Shown in pieces: positions 18,684 through 32,765 of a DNA stretch of 64,000 bases. Within the stretch, counting starts at the first letter, position 1, and every line of letters begins with the position of its first letter. Source of the DNA: Octopus vulgaris (taxonomy: Eukaryota). A program made the position numbers and the translations under genes. The notes beneath the pieces are model-generated. The model was given only the letters and a program-made list of their open reading frames with translations. It searched no databases and had not been told where the DNA came from. The DNA is taken from the NCBI GenBank assembly GCA_951406725.2, contig OX597825.1, forward strand, positions 67,270,001 through 67,334,000. The letters run 5' to 3'.

Positions 18684-21327
18684 TATACACGTATATGTGT
18701 GCACGCAAGCATGTATGTATATATTATGAATGCATATACTTATATGTGTAGGTGTATATTTATTTGAAATTGTAGCGGAGTGTGCGCACGTTTGCCTATT
18801 TGTGTAAGTGTGCTGAATATAATGCAAAAAAAAAATCATTGAAATATTACGATGTACCGAACCGCACTTAAACTGAAGGCTTTTATATATATATGCATTT
18901 ACATAATGGGAATAAAATATATTTATATTTTGAATGGTGTTTTTGTGCGTTAACATGTTGTTTTAGGTTTATCATGGTTATTTATGTTCCATTTAGAGAT
19001 TTCTCTTTCAGAATTTTAAAAGAAAAAGAAAATGAGATCAGTCATGTGGTTTGAACTGCAAGATTTCTTAGAATTGTTTTATGATTCGCCTTATTTCCCA
19101 CAATATGAAACCAATGAGTTCCAATGTTGATATATTGTTTATGGGTTTTATAAAGATATCTATCACAGTATTAATAGTAATTCGTTAACGAATTCCAAAG
19201 GAATGTATTGATTACGGAAAGACGCCTATTTCACACATTTCAAACTATTCAATATATTTCATATAGAATCAGGGATATTTTAGCAGATAATCAAAACTAA
19301 TTATATTTCGGAAACACACTTTGTATAGCCTGAAACTGCAAGTAATAGAGATGTCACTCACACGCTGAGTCTTTAAAATGAAATCATTTATTCGTTCAGT
19401 TTTTACTGTCACACATAAAACGATTAATAATAAATAATATCCTGGGAATTTTTAGAGATTTTGAATTATGAATATTGAACACGTAGTTTTTGATTTTACT
19501 ATAGAACATCCTATTACACTTCTTTCAGGGAAACCATTTTCCAAAATATTCATTTAGATTGAATATAGGGAGGTAAAAAAAAATCAATCAATAATGCTAA
19601 TTCATTTTAGCAGAACGTCTTTCTCGTAGCTCAACTTTTGATGTGCTTTGCTAGTTTCTTGAAACTGGTTTTGTTGTTGTTGTGTTATCGTCGGAGTCAA
19701 TTATATCCGGTATATGGGAAAATATTGGAAAAAAGTACAAACATGGATTGATTTTTTGAACATGATATAGAATACAAATTGCAGATAGACAGGTGAATAC
19801 GCGAGCAAACAGACGCATGCATATATGTTGATAATTAGGTGGATAAATGGATGGATAATGAGAATACGTAAATCATCGACTAAGAATACCATAAACCAGG
19901 TGGATATAGATGTAGGGACTAACCTTCATTAAAATAATCACATTCAATTAAAATCTTTTCTTTGTCTTTTTAAAAAGAAACCGAAAATCTTCTGTCAATT
20001 GTGAGAAGCTAATAAATAAAAAGCGAGGTATCTTCAAGAAATTAAGAATTGATTTTACAGACTTCATTCTCAAGCTTCAGGGGAAATTTGATTTTTGTTG
20101 TCGAGAACATTAAGTGCAGCCGAAATGCTTCTCTCTCATTGGGTCTCGTCAGTAAAGTTAAGGTAGTTGAATCAGACCGCCATTTCCACCTGAAAATAAC
20201 TTTAATTATTCAATTAGATGCCGAAAGAGCAATCTGAGCAATTTGCCTGATACAAAATTACTCTTGGAAAGGGGCACCATTTTGGTGCTAACCTATTAGG
20301 AATAGCAGTGAAATCTCTTTTAAATAGTACCCCAATATCTTATAGGAGGAAAGGTATGTTCGATAATAAGGTTACGGATAACAAAATATATGAATAAAAG
20401 GTGAGAATTATCGTAGCTGGAAGCTCTTTGGTCGTAGGAACGTTTCGTCTGTGCTCGCTAGGAAACAGCTGAAGCTAAAAAAAATTAGCTGTATTCGTTT
20501 TGGTTTGCCTAATGCTAAACAAGCCCAGAAACAACAACCAACGGTAAAATAGTGATTATAGGTGGCCGCAGTTAAATCCCATTTGAGACTTAATAGAAAC
20601 AAGTGCTGATGAGAAAGACAGCAAATTGGCAGAGACGTTAGAGCATTGGATGCAATGCTTATATATATTAACTCACCGCAATCTGAGTTCAAATCCTGCA
20701 GGGGTGAACTTTTGCATCCATCCTTCAGGGTCGATAGATAGAGAAAGTAACAGTCCGTAACCATTCATTGGAGACGAACTGTAAGAATCCCAACCTAGAC
20801 GCCTTGCAATATTTTTCCGGCTATTTGTGTTCTGTGTTAAATTCTTGCTATGAGCTATTTGGCTGCTAGACTTAGCACATTGTTCAATGTAACATCACTA
20901 TCCTGCGTCTGGCATACCATTACTGAATTCCTCCATGTTTCACGTATTCGGTCCAAGTCCTCGGCTAACATTTAGCATATGGGCAGTTTGACTTCCTTAA
21001 TTCTTTGCAGAAATACTTGTCTCATGATGAACCATGCCTAATGCGGCCAACTTCTCGTATGATTTTTACCTATACCTAGGCTAAACAGTTCCTTGTTTTC
21101 TCTAATTCACTGGCTTCAGAAGTCCAGTAATAGTTGATGGATACCACCTTCCATTCTAAGTAATAAAATAAAAAATAAGGTAAGAGTATAGCATTACTTG
21201 ATCAGGGCTAGCATAACAATAAGTAAAAGCATCGACAGTAACAAATGCATGAACAACAGCAGCGCATGATTATGTCAATTTACGGGAGGGAATAACAAAA
21301 TTGGCTGTTCCAATGATACCAACGTTT

Positions 21328-21558
21328 AAGGCGGCGAGGCTGGCAGAAACGTTAGCACGCCGGGCGAAATGCGTAGCCGTATTTCGACTGCCGTTACGTT
21401 CTGAGTTCAAATTCCACCGAGGTCGACTTTGCCTTTCATCCATTTGGGGTCGATTAAATAAGTACCAGTGACGCACTGGGGTCTATGTAATCGACTTAAT
21501 CCCTTTGTCTGTCCTTATTTGTCCTCTCTGTGTGTAGCCACTTGTGGGCAGTAAAGAC
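21328..21558 (+). mobile_element. SINE family A/B (tail A)
   Basis: Full head, core and tail TTGTCTGTCC...CTTGTGGGCAGTAAAGA. Confidence 0.85.
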
Positions 21559-21712
21559 ATTACAAACTTTTTACCAAACTTTTTTCTGCCTCCATCTTCT
21601 TAATACACAATATATATACACCACTTCAAACACTATACATACATACATACATACAAACATATATACATGCGTACTCACGCTCGCACACACACACACACAC
21701 AAACATATATAT

Positions 21713-21890
21713 ATTGTTGAAATTTATAGAAATACAAAAGACGAAGGCATGTGTATGAACAACAGGAAAGTGACTTAGTTTGACGCTCGGGATAATGAAA
21801 AAGTCTTTTACTTTTCGAGCCTACGCTCTTAAACAGAAATGTTTTAGAGAAAATAAACAGAGAGATAATGAAACAACCTTGTAGATCTCA
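21713..21890 (-). mobile_element. CUGU-core hammerhead-like element, decayed copy
   Basis: AAGTCTTTTACTTTTCGAGCCTACGCTCTT matches the 42.6 and 43.7 kb copies. Confidence 0.55.
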
Positions 21891-22719
21891 GTGCTCCAGC
21901 AACACTGCTTGACAGTCTGTATTTATGTCCTCGTAACCTAGTGGTTCAGCGATAGAATAAGTATCAAGCTTAATAAAGAAAATAAGTACTAGTGTCGATT
22001 TGGTCGACTAAAACCTTGAAAGCAGTGCCGCAGCTTGGCCGCAGTATAATGACTAAGACAATTAAGTGATTCAAGATACTGCTGATTAGCAAAATGCAAA
22101 TTGGGGGAACTAAAATATGGAGGGAGTCAAGATCAGATGAAAAAGAATCTCGTATACATAAAACATACGAACGAAATTAGAGGGTGAATGATAGAAATTG
22201 AATTAGAGGCATAAAGAAAATCAAAAAAGAACGTCAAAAATCGGACAAGATATTAAGACATCTAATTTATGATTTGTGAATATTAATATATTTAAATGAA
22301 TAAGATTCATGTCTCTCGGACATGAATAATTAATCAAGGCATGACCTACTTCATAGAGTACGCAAAGAAAATTAATTTTTAAAAATCTATTTTTGATTAA
22401 GAACTAAAAAACCTGGTGCCGTTTGTTATTGACTCTCAAAAAGTGATAGAGAGAGGCAAGCAATAACCGTTAGGTATTTGTTTTGTTTCTCTATCTCTAA
22501 AGGAAATTTTAATCAATTTCTTCTGTATACGTCACTCTGTACATTATCAATTCACGTATGAAATTTATATCTATGACCCATTTGTGTTATTGCTTTATTC
22601 ATGAAGATTTTCAGTAAAATTACTCTCATCCAGATTAATGTTACTTCAAAGTTACACACACATACACTCACACACACACACACAAACACACACACTTATA
22701 CATACATACATACATACAT

Positions 22720-22776
<57 letters not shown>

Positions 22777-22799
22777 CACAGTATATACGTATGTATGTG

Positions 22800-22844
<45 letters not shown>

Positions 22845-22847
<3 letters not shown>

Positions 22848-22990
22848 TACGACGGGCTTCTTTCAGATTTCGTCTATCAAATCCACTCACAAGGCTTTGT
22901 TCCGCCCGAGGCTATAGTGGAAGACACTTGCCCAAGATACCACACAGTGGGACTGAACCCTGAACCATGCGGCCACTCCTACGCCTACGC
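22845..22990 (-). mobile_element. SINE family C, 5' half
   Basis: Matches reverse complement of 45420-45580. Confidence 0.8.
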
Positions 22991-23046
22991 TTCACGAGGA
23001 ATTTTGAGGCAAAAATTCAAGCAACATTTGCAATAGAATATTATAT

Positions 23047-23433
23047 GTGGAAGCACTCCGTCGGTTACGACGATGAGGGTTCCGGTTGATCCGAATCAAC
23101 GGAAGAGCCTGCTCGTGAAATTAACGTGCAAGTGGCTGAGCACTCCACAGACACGTGCACCCTTAACGTAGTTCTCGGGGATATTCAGCGTGACACAGAG
23201 AGTGACAAGGCCGGCCCCTTGAAATACAGGTACAACAGAAACAGGAAGTAAGAGTGAGAGAAAGTTGTGGTGAAAGATTACAGCAGGGATCACCACCATC
23301 CCCTGTCGGAGCCTCTTAGAGCTTTTAGGTGTTTTCACTCAATAAACACTCACAACGCCCGGTCTGGGAATCGAAACCGCGATCCTATGACCGCGAGTCC
23401 GCTGCCCTAACCACTGGGTCATTGCGCCTCCAC
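23047..23433 (-). mobile_element. Chimeric tRNA SINE (head D plus tail E) with 12-bp TSD AGAATATTATAT
   Basis: tRNA-like head at 23360-23433; TSD at 23035-23046 and 23434-23445. Confidence 0.85.
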
Positions 23434-24562
23434 AGAATATTATATACATTTTATAGTTCACGCTATGTATTTATGTAAAATTATATGACGTTTTTATTAG
23501 TTTGTATTATTGAATTCAGGCTTTGTTTTGTGCCTAGGAAAAGTAGCTGGAGGCAAGAATATAATTGAAAATTGTTTTGAGTTATTTAATTTCTTTTAGC
23601 AACTATGTTGAGAATGTTGATCCCAAAACCAGATTACAGTTAGTTGTTTATCACTGGTGTGCATCGTTGTATCATATGTTTACGAATGTATACAGCGGTA
23701 TGGAGTAAATGTCTACATGTTAGACAGCATGCTGTTTTGATACAACTTTTTTATAAAATATAGCAGCGCATTAAGCTATAAACGATTTTAGGTTTCTTTA
23801 AATATAGGACACCCATTTATTACAGTCACAGTATACTTCTCCCCAAAGACTGCAAGCTCTGCATTCTATAGTTTCAATAAACTCGCAACTGATAGTATAC
23901 AAGCAAAGATAAATTGTAACCACATCATCTGCCTATCGTTACCTAGATTTATCGATACAAGCTGGAGAAATGAAGTTTCAATGTAAATTACAGCTGCAAG
24001 GGCTGATAGAAAATTACAACAAAATTAAAACCGTTGAACTTAATTCTCATCGATGGTTATTGTAACTTTTGACAAAATAAATAAGATGTGGCGACTTTCG
24101 ATAAAACGACAGCTGCAGCAGTTAACTTCCAATAAAATAATTACTTTAACTTCTAATATACCAGTAACATCTTTACAAGAGTTAAATCAGGCAAATACTG
24201 CTCGATGATATCTCAAAGCGCGAATTAATCAATGGCATACCAATACCTAGTGAAAATAATATCGAATGGAAGAGAGTAGAGATGTGAAGTAATTAAACTG
24301 ACTTAAGCAATGGAAAGAAATGCCTGTACTAATGAAGTTGTACAACTGTGTAAAATACACAATTGACTATGTAAAAAGATTGGCAAAGTGACAAATACAA
24401 GCGGAAATATACAGCAAAAGCATTACTACAGTGTTTGAGATGTGAGGCCATTTTAGCCATTTTATTTAATTATTCGTCAATGTTAAATATTATCATGCTT
24501 GTTTCTCAAGCAGGGCATTATTTCTCGTAACATATAAACTAAAAATCGATCAAATAGTAATG

Positions 24563-24601
<39 letters not shown>

Positions 24602-24661
24602 TCGATAACAACATCAACAACAGCAACAATAATCATGATGATGATAATGATAATAATAATA

Positions 24662-25084
24662 ATTTCTTTTATTGGTCAAATGGGCCGAAGACGTTGGTAA
24701 CAATAGAAATTGGAAAGACAGTAAATCAACTAAAAGGAAACTGCGAGGGTGTTACACGGAATAACAGAGTAGAATCAACGATAAAATGAGAGATCCGTTA
24801 ATAAGTAGATTATATTAAATACAATGAATGATACCATAGAAATTGAAGGAGTCACCAAATGGTCAAAAGCCATATATTGATGCTTCGAAGTACATCATAC
24901 ACAAAATTGACAAGACAAACGCATATACCTTCTCTTGCTGCTTCGTGTAGCCGCAGAGTTAATGTGAGCCTATTTAGCGGCACGAAGTTCGACACTCTCA
25001 TAACCTTTGCATAAAATTCATTGTCGGGTACTCTCTACCTCTCTGTCCTCAAATTTGTTGTCTTGTGGTACCTGAAGAAGACCC
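24662..25084 (-). pseudogene. Possible L1/Tx1-like LINE 3' end remnant
   Basis: Degenerate FFRYHKTTNLRTER C-terminus, then 3' UTR ending CCAATAAAAAGAAATT before (ATT)n. Confidence 0.35.
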
Positions 25085-25342
25085 GTACATGGTATAGAGG
25101 GTAAGAGCGCGGGCTACTAACCACAAGATTCCGTGTTTGATTCCAGGAAGTGACCTAAATAATAATAATAATAATAATAATAACATAGAAAAATACCCAG
25201 GTTCGAAATTTCCCCGAGACACCTGATGAAGGTTGGAGGTTATATCAGCCGAAACGTTGTGTTACCAACAAACAAGATGAGGACAAATATCCGTCTAATG
25301 TAAATAATGTACATAATTCCTTATCTCTTTAATATAGAACTG
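25085..25342 (+). mobile_element. tRNA-headed element with minimal hammerhead ribozyme
   Basis: tRNA-like head, (AAT)n spacer, hammerhead at 25218-25263. Confidence 0.75.
25218..25263 (+). ncRNA. Minimal type I hammerhead ribozyme (Penelope type)
   Basis: GACAC-CTGATGA-A-GGTTG..CAGCC-GAAA-CGTT-GTGTT: stem I, core, stem II, GAAA and palindromic minimal stem III. Confidence 0.75.
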
Positions 25343-26480
25343 AACAACAATTATAATAATAATAATAAATGATCATTACGATGATCGGAAATAAGTTCAC
25401 TCCTCAAATTTTTTAACTGTATCCACTATGCAACACACCTCGGCATAGAAAACACACGGGAAGACTAATTCTTTAATGCGAAAGGGTCGGAATGGCTTGA
25501 TTTTCACAATACACTCAGCTGTCAAATACATCCGTTCTCACTTGATAGTGGTTGTGTCACACTATGCTACAAATCAGCAATGCACGATCACTGAAGATTT
25601 CCATACCGGATAGTTGCACATATGAGCACCACAGACAGTTGGATAACTGGCAGCTCCAAAATGACCATGCTTGTAGTGTAGAAGTTATCCAGAAGATGCA
25701 ATCTGCACTCGTAGTACTGTCCGATGAAGGCGATTTTGAAAGTTGAATACTATACTCTGGAACTCATTTGGCCTTGTCTACAACCACAATCACTCATAAA
25801 TTATCATTTCTCATACTAGGCACTAATAATAATAATAATAATAATATAGTTTCTGCTATAGGGACGAGGTCTGAAATTTTAAGGGAGGAGTAAGTCGATT
25901 ACATCGACTCCAGTGTTTCAGTGGTACTTATTTTATCGACCTCGAAAGGATGAAATGCAAAGTCGACCTCGGAAGAATTTGACCTCAGAACGTAAGCAAG
26001 GACGAAATGCGTAGCAACATTTCGTCCGCCGTGCTAGCAATTCTGCCAGCTCAGAACCATAGTAGTAATAATAATAATCCTTTTCTACTATAGGGACCAG
26101 GCCTAAAATTTGTGGGAAGAGATTACTCAATTACATGGGCCCCAATGTTTTACTGATACTTAATTTTCGTCCCCGAAAAAGGGAAGTTCAAAGTTGACTT
26201 CGGCGGAATTTGAACTCAGAACATAGCGACAGACGAAATACCACTACGCATTTTGCCTGGTGTACTAACAATAATGATGCCATGCACTGTTTTTCTTAAT
26301 GTACGTTCACCATGTCGCGCACATATGGTTGTGATACATGTGCTTGGTGTGCCCTTATCAGACGGATAGTCATGATGGGACATATTAGGATTGGTATATT
26401 TGTACCCCAGTATCACTTTGATGGCACGAATTGTTTTCTCACACAATAATAACAATAATAATAATAATAATAATAATAAT

Positions 26481-26720
26481 AAAGTACTAATTATTGTTGC
26501 GTCCTTAGGAACAGTATTAAAAGACATCAAGAAGAATATAGAGGAAATCAGAATAGAATGCCCATTAGAACTGTGGCAAAAAGTTTGCCTCCTTGGCATG
26601 ACCAGAATAACCAGAAAAGTATTAGATAGTTGCAAAAAAACACAAATAGCATGGTACCATAGGCTGCAAGCAGCAAGCCCGCTATATATTGCAATACTCC
26701 AGGAGTTCCAACAAAACCTT
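26481..26720 (+). pseudogene. Dong/R4-clade LINE 3' fragment after (AAT)n
   Basis: IIVASLGTV...LWQKVCLLGMTRITRKVLD, the R4/Dong C-terminal signature (GALG...QKxxLLGTxRILRKVL). Confidence 0.7.
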
Positions 26721-26799
26721 AGTAGTTGTAGTTGTAGTAGTTGTAGTTGTTGTTGTTAATAATAATAATTTACTTAATTTTGTCGACACATAGCAAGTT

Positions 26800-27400
26800 G
26801 AAAGGCTAGGTTAACTACTTTTGGTTTTGAACTCTCAAAGTCGAATCCGGAAACTATTCTACCAATAATTTTGTGCCACACTCTAGCAATTCTGTCAATC
26901 CCCAAATATTCCTCAACAGACCAATATGTTGAGACACAGTCACAAACACGATTAAGCATTTATACTGATTAGGATAAAACTTTTAGCCACAATCATTTAT
27001 CCACCCAAAGTGGCCATTAAATCGTTTCCAATTCCCAGCATATAATTATCAAGAACTAGATTGACAATATTTGTGCTTTTTTGAAAGACACCTTGATCCT
27101 TTCTAAACAAAGTATTGATCGGTAGAAGTTGGGAAAACTGTCAAAGCACCAATCTTGAAAGTGAGATAAACCTAAACGTTAATTATCGAAACCGAAAGTA
27201 GTATCAATACTAACTGGAGTACTAGATATCCGAAAACTAAACGAACAAAAGCATAAATACAAATCCGCTGCTCTCAACGTTGTACACGATTTGAAGATAA
27301 CCTTGATATGCATATCTCCGTATCTTAGACGAGTTAACAATCAATTCTATAGTATAATGCAAACACCACACTTTTTGCACTTAACATGTAACTTTTACTA
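26800..27400 (-). pseudogene. Highly decayed RTE-like LINE C-terminal remnant
   Basis: Weak F.YL, LY..ET and RVCDCVS...LGIDRI similarity to RTE ORF C-terminus. Confidence 0.3.
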
Positions 27401-27654
27401 CTACGTACCAACATGATGGTGGGGGCGGTGGTTAAACCCTTGTGTGCTGAGTGTGCTGCTGTACTTCGTCTCAGATTGCAGGAGTCAATAACTTATCAGG
27501 CAGTGAAGTAGCTCTGTAGAGGCTTCGGTCCCCGTCCACTGTGATACTAGAGCCCGAGGTCTATTTCGACTTTTATCCTTTCGACCTAAACTCACCCCTA
27601 CACACACAAATTTTAGGCTTTGAGCCTATTGTAGAAATTATTGTCATCATTATT

Positions 27655-28000
27655 ATTATTCAAGTCACTGCCTGGAATCGAACTCAGAACCTTGGGGTTA
27701 GTAGGCCGCCCTTTAAACCACTACACCATATGCCCGTACATGGTATAGAGGGTAAGAGCGCGGGCTACTAACCACAAGATTCCGTGTTCGATTCTAGGAA
27801 GTGACCTGAATAATAATAATAATAATGATAATAACATAGAAAAATACCCAGGTTCGAAATTTCCCCAAGACACCTGATGAGGGTTGGAGGTTATATCAGC
27901 CGAAACGTTGTGTTACCAACAAACAAGATGAGGACAAATATCCGTCTAATGTAAATAATGTATATAATTCCTTATCTCTTTAATATAGAACTGAACAACA
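27655..28000 (+). mobile_element. tRNA-headed hammerhead element preceded by an inverted head copy
   Basis: Reverse head 27655-27735, forward unit 27736-28000, hammerhead 27869-27914. Confidence 0.75.
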
Positions 28001-28180
28001 ATTATAATAATAATAATAATAAATGATCATTACGATGACGACGACGAAGATGACTATGAGACTGCCGAATATTATGGTGATGATTACGACGACGAAGATG
28101 TCGATCATGAAGATAATGACATCGATTACGGTGAGGTGGATGAAGAAGGAGAGAAAGAGAAGAGAAATAACGAAGAATTT

Positions 28181-28255
<75 letters not shown>

Positions 28256-28275
28256 TAGTAGTGGTAGTAGTAGTG

Positions 28276-28306
<31 letters not shown>

Positions 28307-28371
28307 TAGTAGTGGTAGTAGTAGTAGTGGTAGTACTAGTAGTAGTGGTAGTACTAGTAGTAGTGGTAGTG

Positions 28372-28425
<54 letters not shown>
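28181..28425. repeat. (TAG)n microsatellite
   Basis: Direct reading. Confidence 0.95.
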
Positions 28426-28426
<1 letters not shown>

Positions 28427-28984
28427 GATGAAAGGCAAAGTTGATCCTGGCGGAATTTCAAAGCAGAACAACGTAGAGACGGACGAAATGCGAAGAAGAA
28501 GAAGAAGATGTGGGAATAAGAAAAGAAGCAAAAGAAGAAAAACACTGGAGTGGTACGGATAGTAGTAGACTATCGGTAGAGTCTTCTTTGTGCAACAGAT
28601 CTCCAAAGTTATCTGAGACAAGACTATTATTATCTCTGATACTTATTTCTTTGTCTGAAGAATTCTTATTATAAAAGAATATCGATCGCTTCGTTTCAAA
28701 CATGGATCCAGATTGGATAGATCACAAGTTGCTCGACAATTTTGAAAAGGAAATGATAAAAAGAAAGATTCTGTAAAAGAAAGTTATTCATATAGAAGCA
28801 ATAGTTGATTATTTTACCATAGCATTTCAGTAATATCTGGATTAAAGATATTGTAGAGGGATAATAAGTTTGATCCTTATAAAGCCGAATAAAATTCCAA
28901 ATATATCTTTGGCATCAGAAATTGTGAAATAACAGTGAAACATAATGTATTGTTTGTTTGTTTGTATTTTTATTTATGCGGCCT

Positions 28985-29380
28985 TTTTCAAGCCGGTTTC
29001 TGTTGCGTATGTATCCCCCCCACCACCAGCTGGACGGGACGCCAGTCCATCGCAGCGTTACTCAAGAAACAGGAAGAAAGAGTGAGAGAATGTTGGGGCG
29101 AAAGAGTACAAGAGGGGTCGCCACCACCCCACTCGGCTGATAATCGTAAGGCTGTGAGTTCGATTCCCAGCAGAGTGTTGTGTCCCTGAGCAAAACAATT
29201 TACTTCACGCAGTTTCCATACATCCAACTGGCAAAAATGAGTTGTACCCGTAATTCAAATGATCGTGGAGCTTTAGGTGTTTTTGCTCAATAAACACACA
29301 CAACACCCGGTCTGGGAATCGAAACCGCGATCGTCCGGCCGTGAGTCCGCTGCCCTAACCACTGGGCCATTGCGCCTCCA
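28985..29380 (-). mobile_element. tRNA SINE family D interrupted by a head-E fragment (~29135-29262, + strand)
   Basis: Matches 51265-51544. Confidence 0.75.
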
Positions 29381-29499
29381 CATAATGTATTGTATAACAA
29401 AAATTTAACCAAATTTTCGATGAAGATTTAAATATATATATATTATAGCAACATATTAATGTTGCTTGTAGGAGTAGAGTATCATAATATTTTATTACT

Positions 29500-29812
29500 G
29501 ACACTTCGTCGGTTGCAACGATGAGCGTTCCAGTTGATCCGATCAACGGAATGGCCTACTCGTGAAATTATCGTGCAAGTGGCTGACACTCCACGGACAC
29601 GCGTACTGTTAACTTAGTTCTCGGGTAGATCAAGCGTGACATTGTATGTGCAAAGGCCGGTCCTTAGAATTACAGGTACATCTCATTTTTGCCAGTATGG
29701 ATGCTATGTGAAATAAATTGTTTTGCTCAAGGACAGAACACTCTGCTGGGAATCGCACTCACAGCCTTACGATAATCAGCCGATTACCCTAATCACTAAA
29801 TTACGCGCTTTC
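29500..29812 (-). mobile_element. tRNA SINE family E
   Basis: Matches 33480-33780 and 32531-32765. Confidence 0.75.
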
Positions 29813-29966
29813 ATATTTTATTACAGGAACATGACTATTAGCTTTGGGAACATGTGTTAGCTTTGGAAACAGAAACTGCCACAGAGATCAACTGTAAATA
29901 CGGATAAGGAAACTTTCTCTTTCCTCAAATGAATAGAAATTATAACAAGCTCTAAGATATGTACAG

Positions 29967-30078
<112 letters not shown>

Positions 30079-30094
30079 CAGCAGCAGTAGTAGC

Positions 30095-30141
<47 letters not shown>

Positions 30142-32299
30142 GATAAAAGGCAAAGTTGACTCTTGCGTTCTGCTTTGAAATTCCGCAAAGGTCAACTTTG
30201 CCTGTTATCCTATTATTACTACTACTACTGGTACTACTACTAATCTGTAGATATCTTAGAGCTTGTTATAATTTCTATTCATTTGAGGAAAGCGAAAGTT
30301 TTTAAAAATACAAGTGGCATTTCACGAACTTTTCAAGACGTCTGAAAATGCATATACAAAATAAGGCTTCAATCTTATATACTAGGTGTTTTCGACTGTC
30401 CAAATCGTATTTCGCCTGAAATTCGTCGGCAAAGATGTGTTTAATTATTATTAAAATAAATAGCAAGCAAAAGAAACAAATCCAATACGATTTCATTGCT
30501 GCCAAGAAAAAAAATCTATCTTTAATGAAGAGTTAATTGCTGCAGAAAATACATTAGCAATATTACTTGAATCTGTTGAAACATATTTGCACAAAATCTG
30601 AAGCAGAATTTTTAATAGATAATAAATCAATATGTAAGAGAAAATAAGTATATTTAAAATATGTGCACAAAAACAACAACATAACATTTAATTATGGATA
30701 TTAATTGATTAACCACATTAATTAAAACGAATAATTAACTTTAAGACATAAACATAAACACCCATCTTCAAAGTATCATTTCGTAAAGTATAGCCACAAA
30801 TGCAATATATCACAATTGTGGACAATGTAGAAGCATCACAGCCATTAAAGCAACCAATCACTTGTTTATATCCATCTTGTCATGCTATAAAACCAATTAT
30901 AAACAAGAACTAATGAACAGATTCTATCACATTCTCATCTACGGATTCACACACGCGCTAACTATGTTTCAGCCTTTCCTCTCTGAAGATGCTAACATTC
31001 ACTATCGTAACCGAAGTTAAACATTCGGTTTCTTTCGACACAAAATTGCGTTGTATGTACTGAAACCAAGAGCCTTCAATTATGTAGCACCAAGCCCAGT
31101 GCTAAAATATTCAGCGCTCTAAGTGTTAAGCGAGCCTTTTCCCACTTATGACCGCTCTATCAATATAATCTAAAGGAGTGGTTTATAACATTTCAGTTGA
31201 TAAGGTTTCAGTTTTCCTGTACTGCAAAAAACAGTTGTGCAAACCACTACAACAAAACCTTTATTTACAGATATGTATGCGAACACAATTTCTATTTTTA
31301 TTTGTCTTTTATTCATGGTCTCCGAAAATCTGTGTTTTCAGTAAGGTTGAAAAATTCGGTCAGCAACCTACTTCAACATTTAATTTATTCAATGCCTAGC
31401 CCTGGGCCCAGTAACTTCAGTAATACGATGCATGAAACATGTCATGAGTGGATAACAAGTAATTTTACAAATGCAAAAACAAAAATGCAATTATGGAAAC
31501 GAAGACTTTCATTGTTAAAGGAGAAGTATTTTGAGGAGCGGCATTTTATCTCCTACATACATGTATGACATGCACACATGTTAAACCGACATATTAATTA
31601 CGACTAGTCTTGTATAAAATTCTATGCCAGGACAATCAACCATCGCTTTTTATTATTTCAATCCTTTAAATGATAAATAACTTGAAACACAACCGCAGAT
31701 AGTACATAGCTCTACCACAGAAATTAAATGAAATTTGTATTAGAAAAACGCACCACGACAATCGGAACGAGAGGAAAATATATTTTGAAATATCATCATG
31801 CACGATTAAGAATTTGAACAACAAAAAAACTATAAATACTTATGAATCATTGAAGTTGACAGTGTATAATACACACAAATAATATAGGAGATTAAAAAGG
31901 AATAATATAAAACCATTAGATTACTACTTGAAACAGAGCTAGCTGTGAACAAATAAGGTAATGCGTATCAATACTGTAGCTATTCCACTAATGGATTATA
32001 GTTATAATCTTCTCAAGTGAACGCTAGATAAACAAGCATGTCTAGACAGTAAAAAGAAAGTAAAAGTATCACTGCGCTTAAAATATACGAGGCGCTGGCG
32101 TGGCTGTGTGGTGAGAAGTTTGCTTCTCAAAGCTCATAGTTCAGGGTCCAGTTTTACAGCATGGCAAATTGATCAAGAGTCTCCTGGTATAGCCCCACAT
32201 CGACCTTGTCAGTAAATATGGTAAACGGATATCGACGGAAACTGAAGAAAGGAAGTCTACTGTCTATACTTGTATAGGAACTATGTTCATATACATGTT

Positions 32300-32356
<57 letters not shown>

Positions 32357-32357
32357 T

Positions 32358-32390
<33 letters not shown>

Positions 32391-32393
<3 letters not shown>

Positions 32394-32508
32394 CTGCTCG
32401 CTTAGCCAGCGGGGTGACGTCATTCGAAGGCTAAAACAATGCGAACGCATTGTGACCAGCGATGTGTAACTACATCTGATGGACTGGTCGGTCACGTGAT
32501 CACGTGAT
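32391..32508 (+). mobile_element. 5'-truncated retroposon tail in (TA)n, ending (CACGTGAT)2
   Basis: Hairpin GACCAG...CTGGTC plus octamer repeat; related sequence at ~52610-52700. Confidence 0.6.
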
Positions 32509-32530
32509 ATATATATATATATATATATTA

Positions 32531-32765
32531 GTGAAAGCGCGTGGCTTAGTGGTTAGGACATTAGGCTCGCGATCGTAAAGTCGTGAGTTCAATTCAGAGC
32601 AATGCGTTGTGTCGTTGATCAATACACTTTATTTCTCGTTGCTCCAGTCCACTCAGCTGGCAAAAATGAGTAGCACGAGTATTTCAAAGGGCCGGTCTTG
32701 TCACACTCTGTGTCGTGCTGAACTCCCTGAGAACTACGTTAAGGGTGCACGTGTCTGAGGAGTGG
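32531..32765 (+). mobile_element. tRNA SINE family E, partial
   Basis: A-box TGGCTTAGTGG, B-box GAGTTCAATTC, shared central domain. Confidence 0.8.

Noticed and set aside
20408-21140. Possible exon or RTE 3' end
   Set aside because: Only weak similarity (AEDLDRIRETWRNSV) and no convincing splice pair.
27980-28621. Poly-Ser/poly-Leu ORFs (similarly 29857, 40606, 60944, 61707)
   Set aside because: Trinucleotide microsatellite translations.
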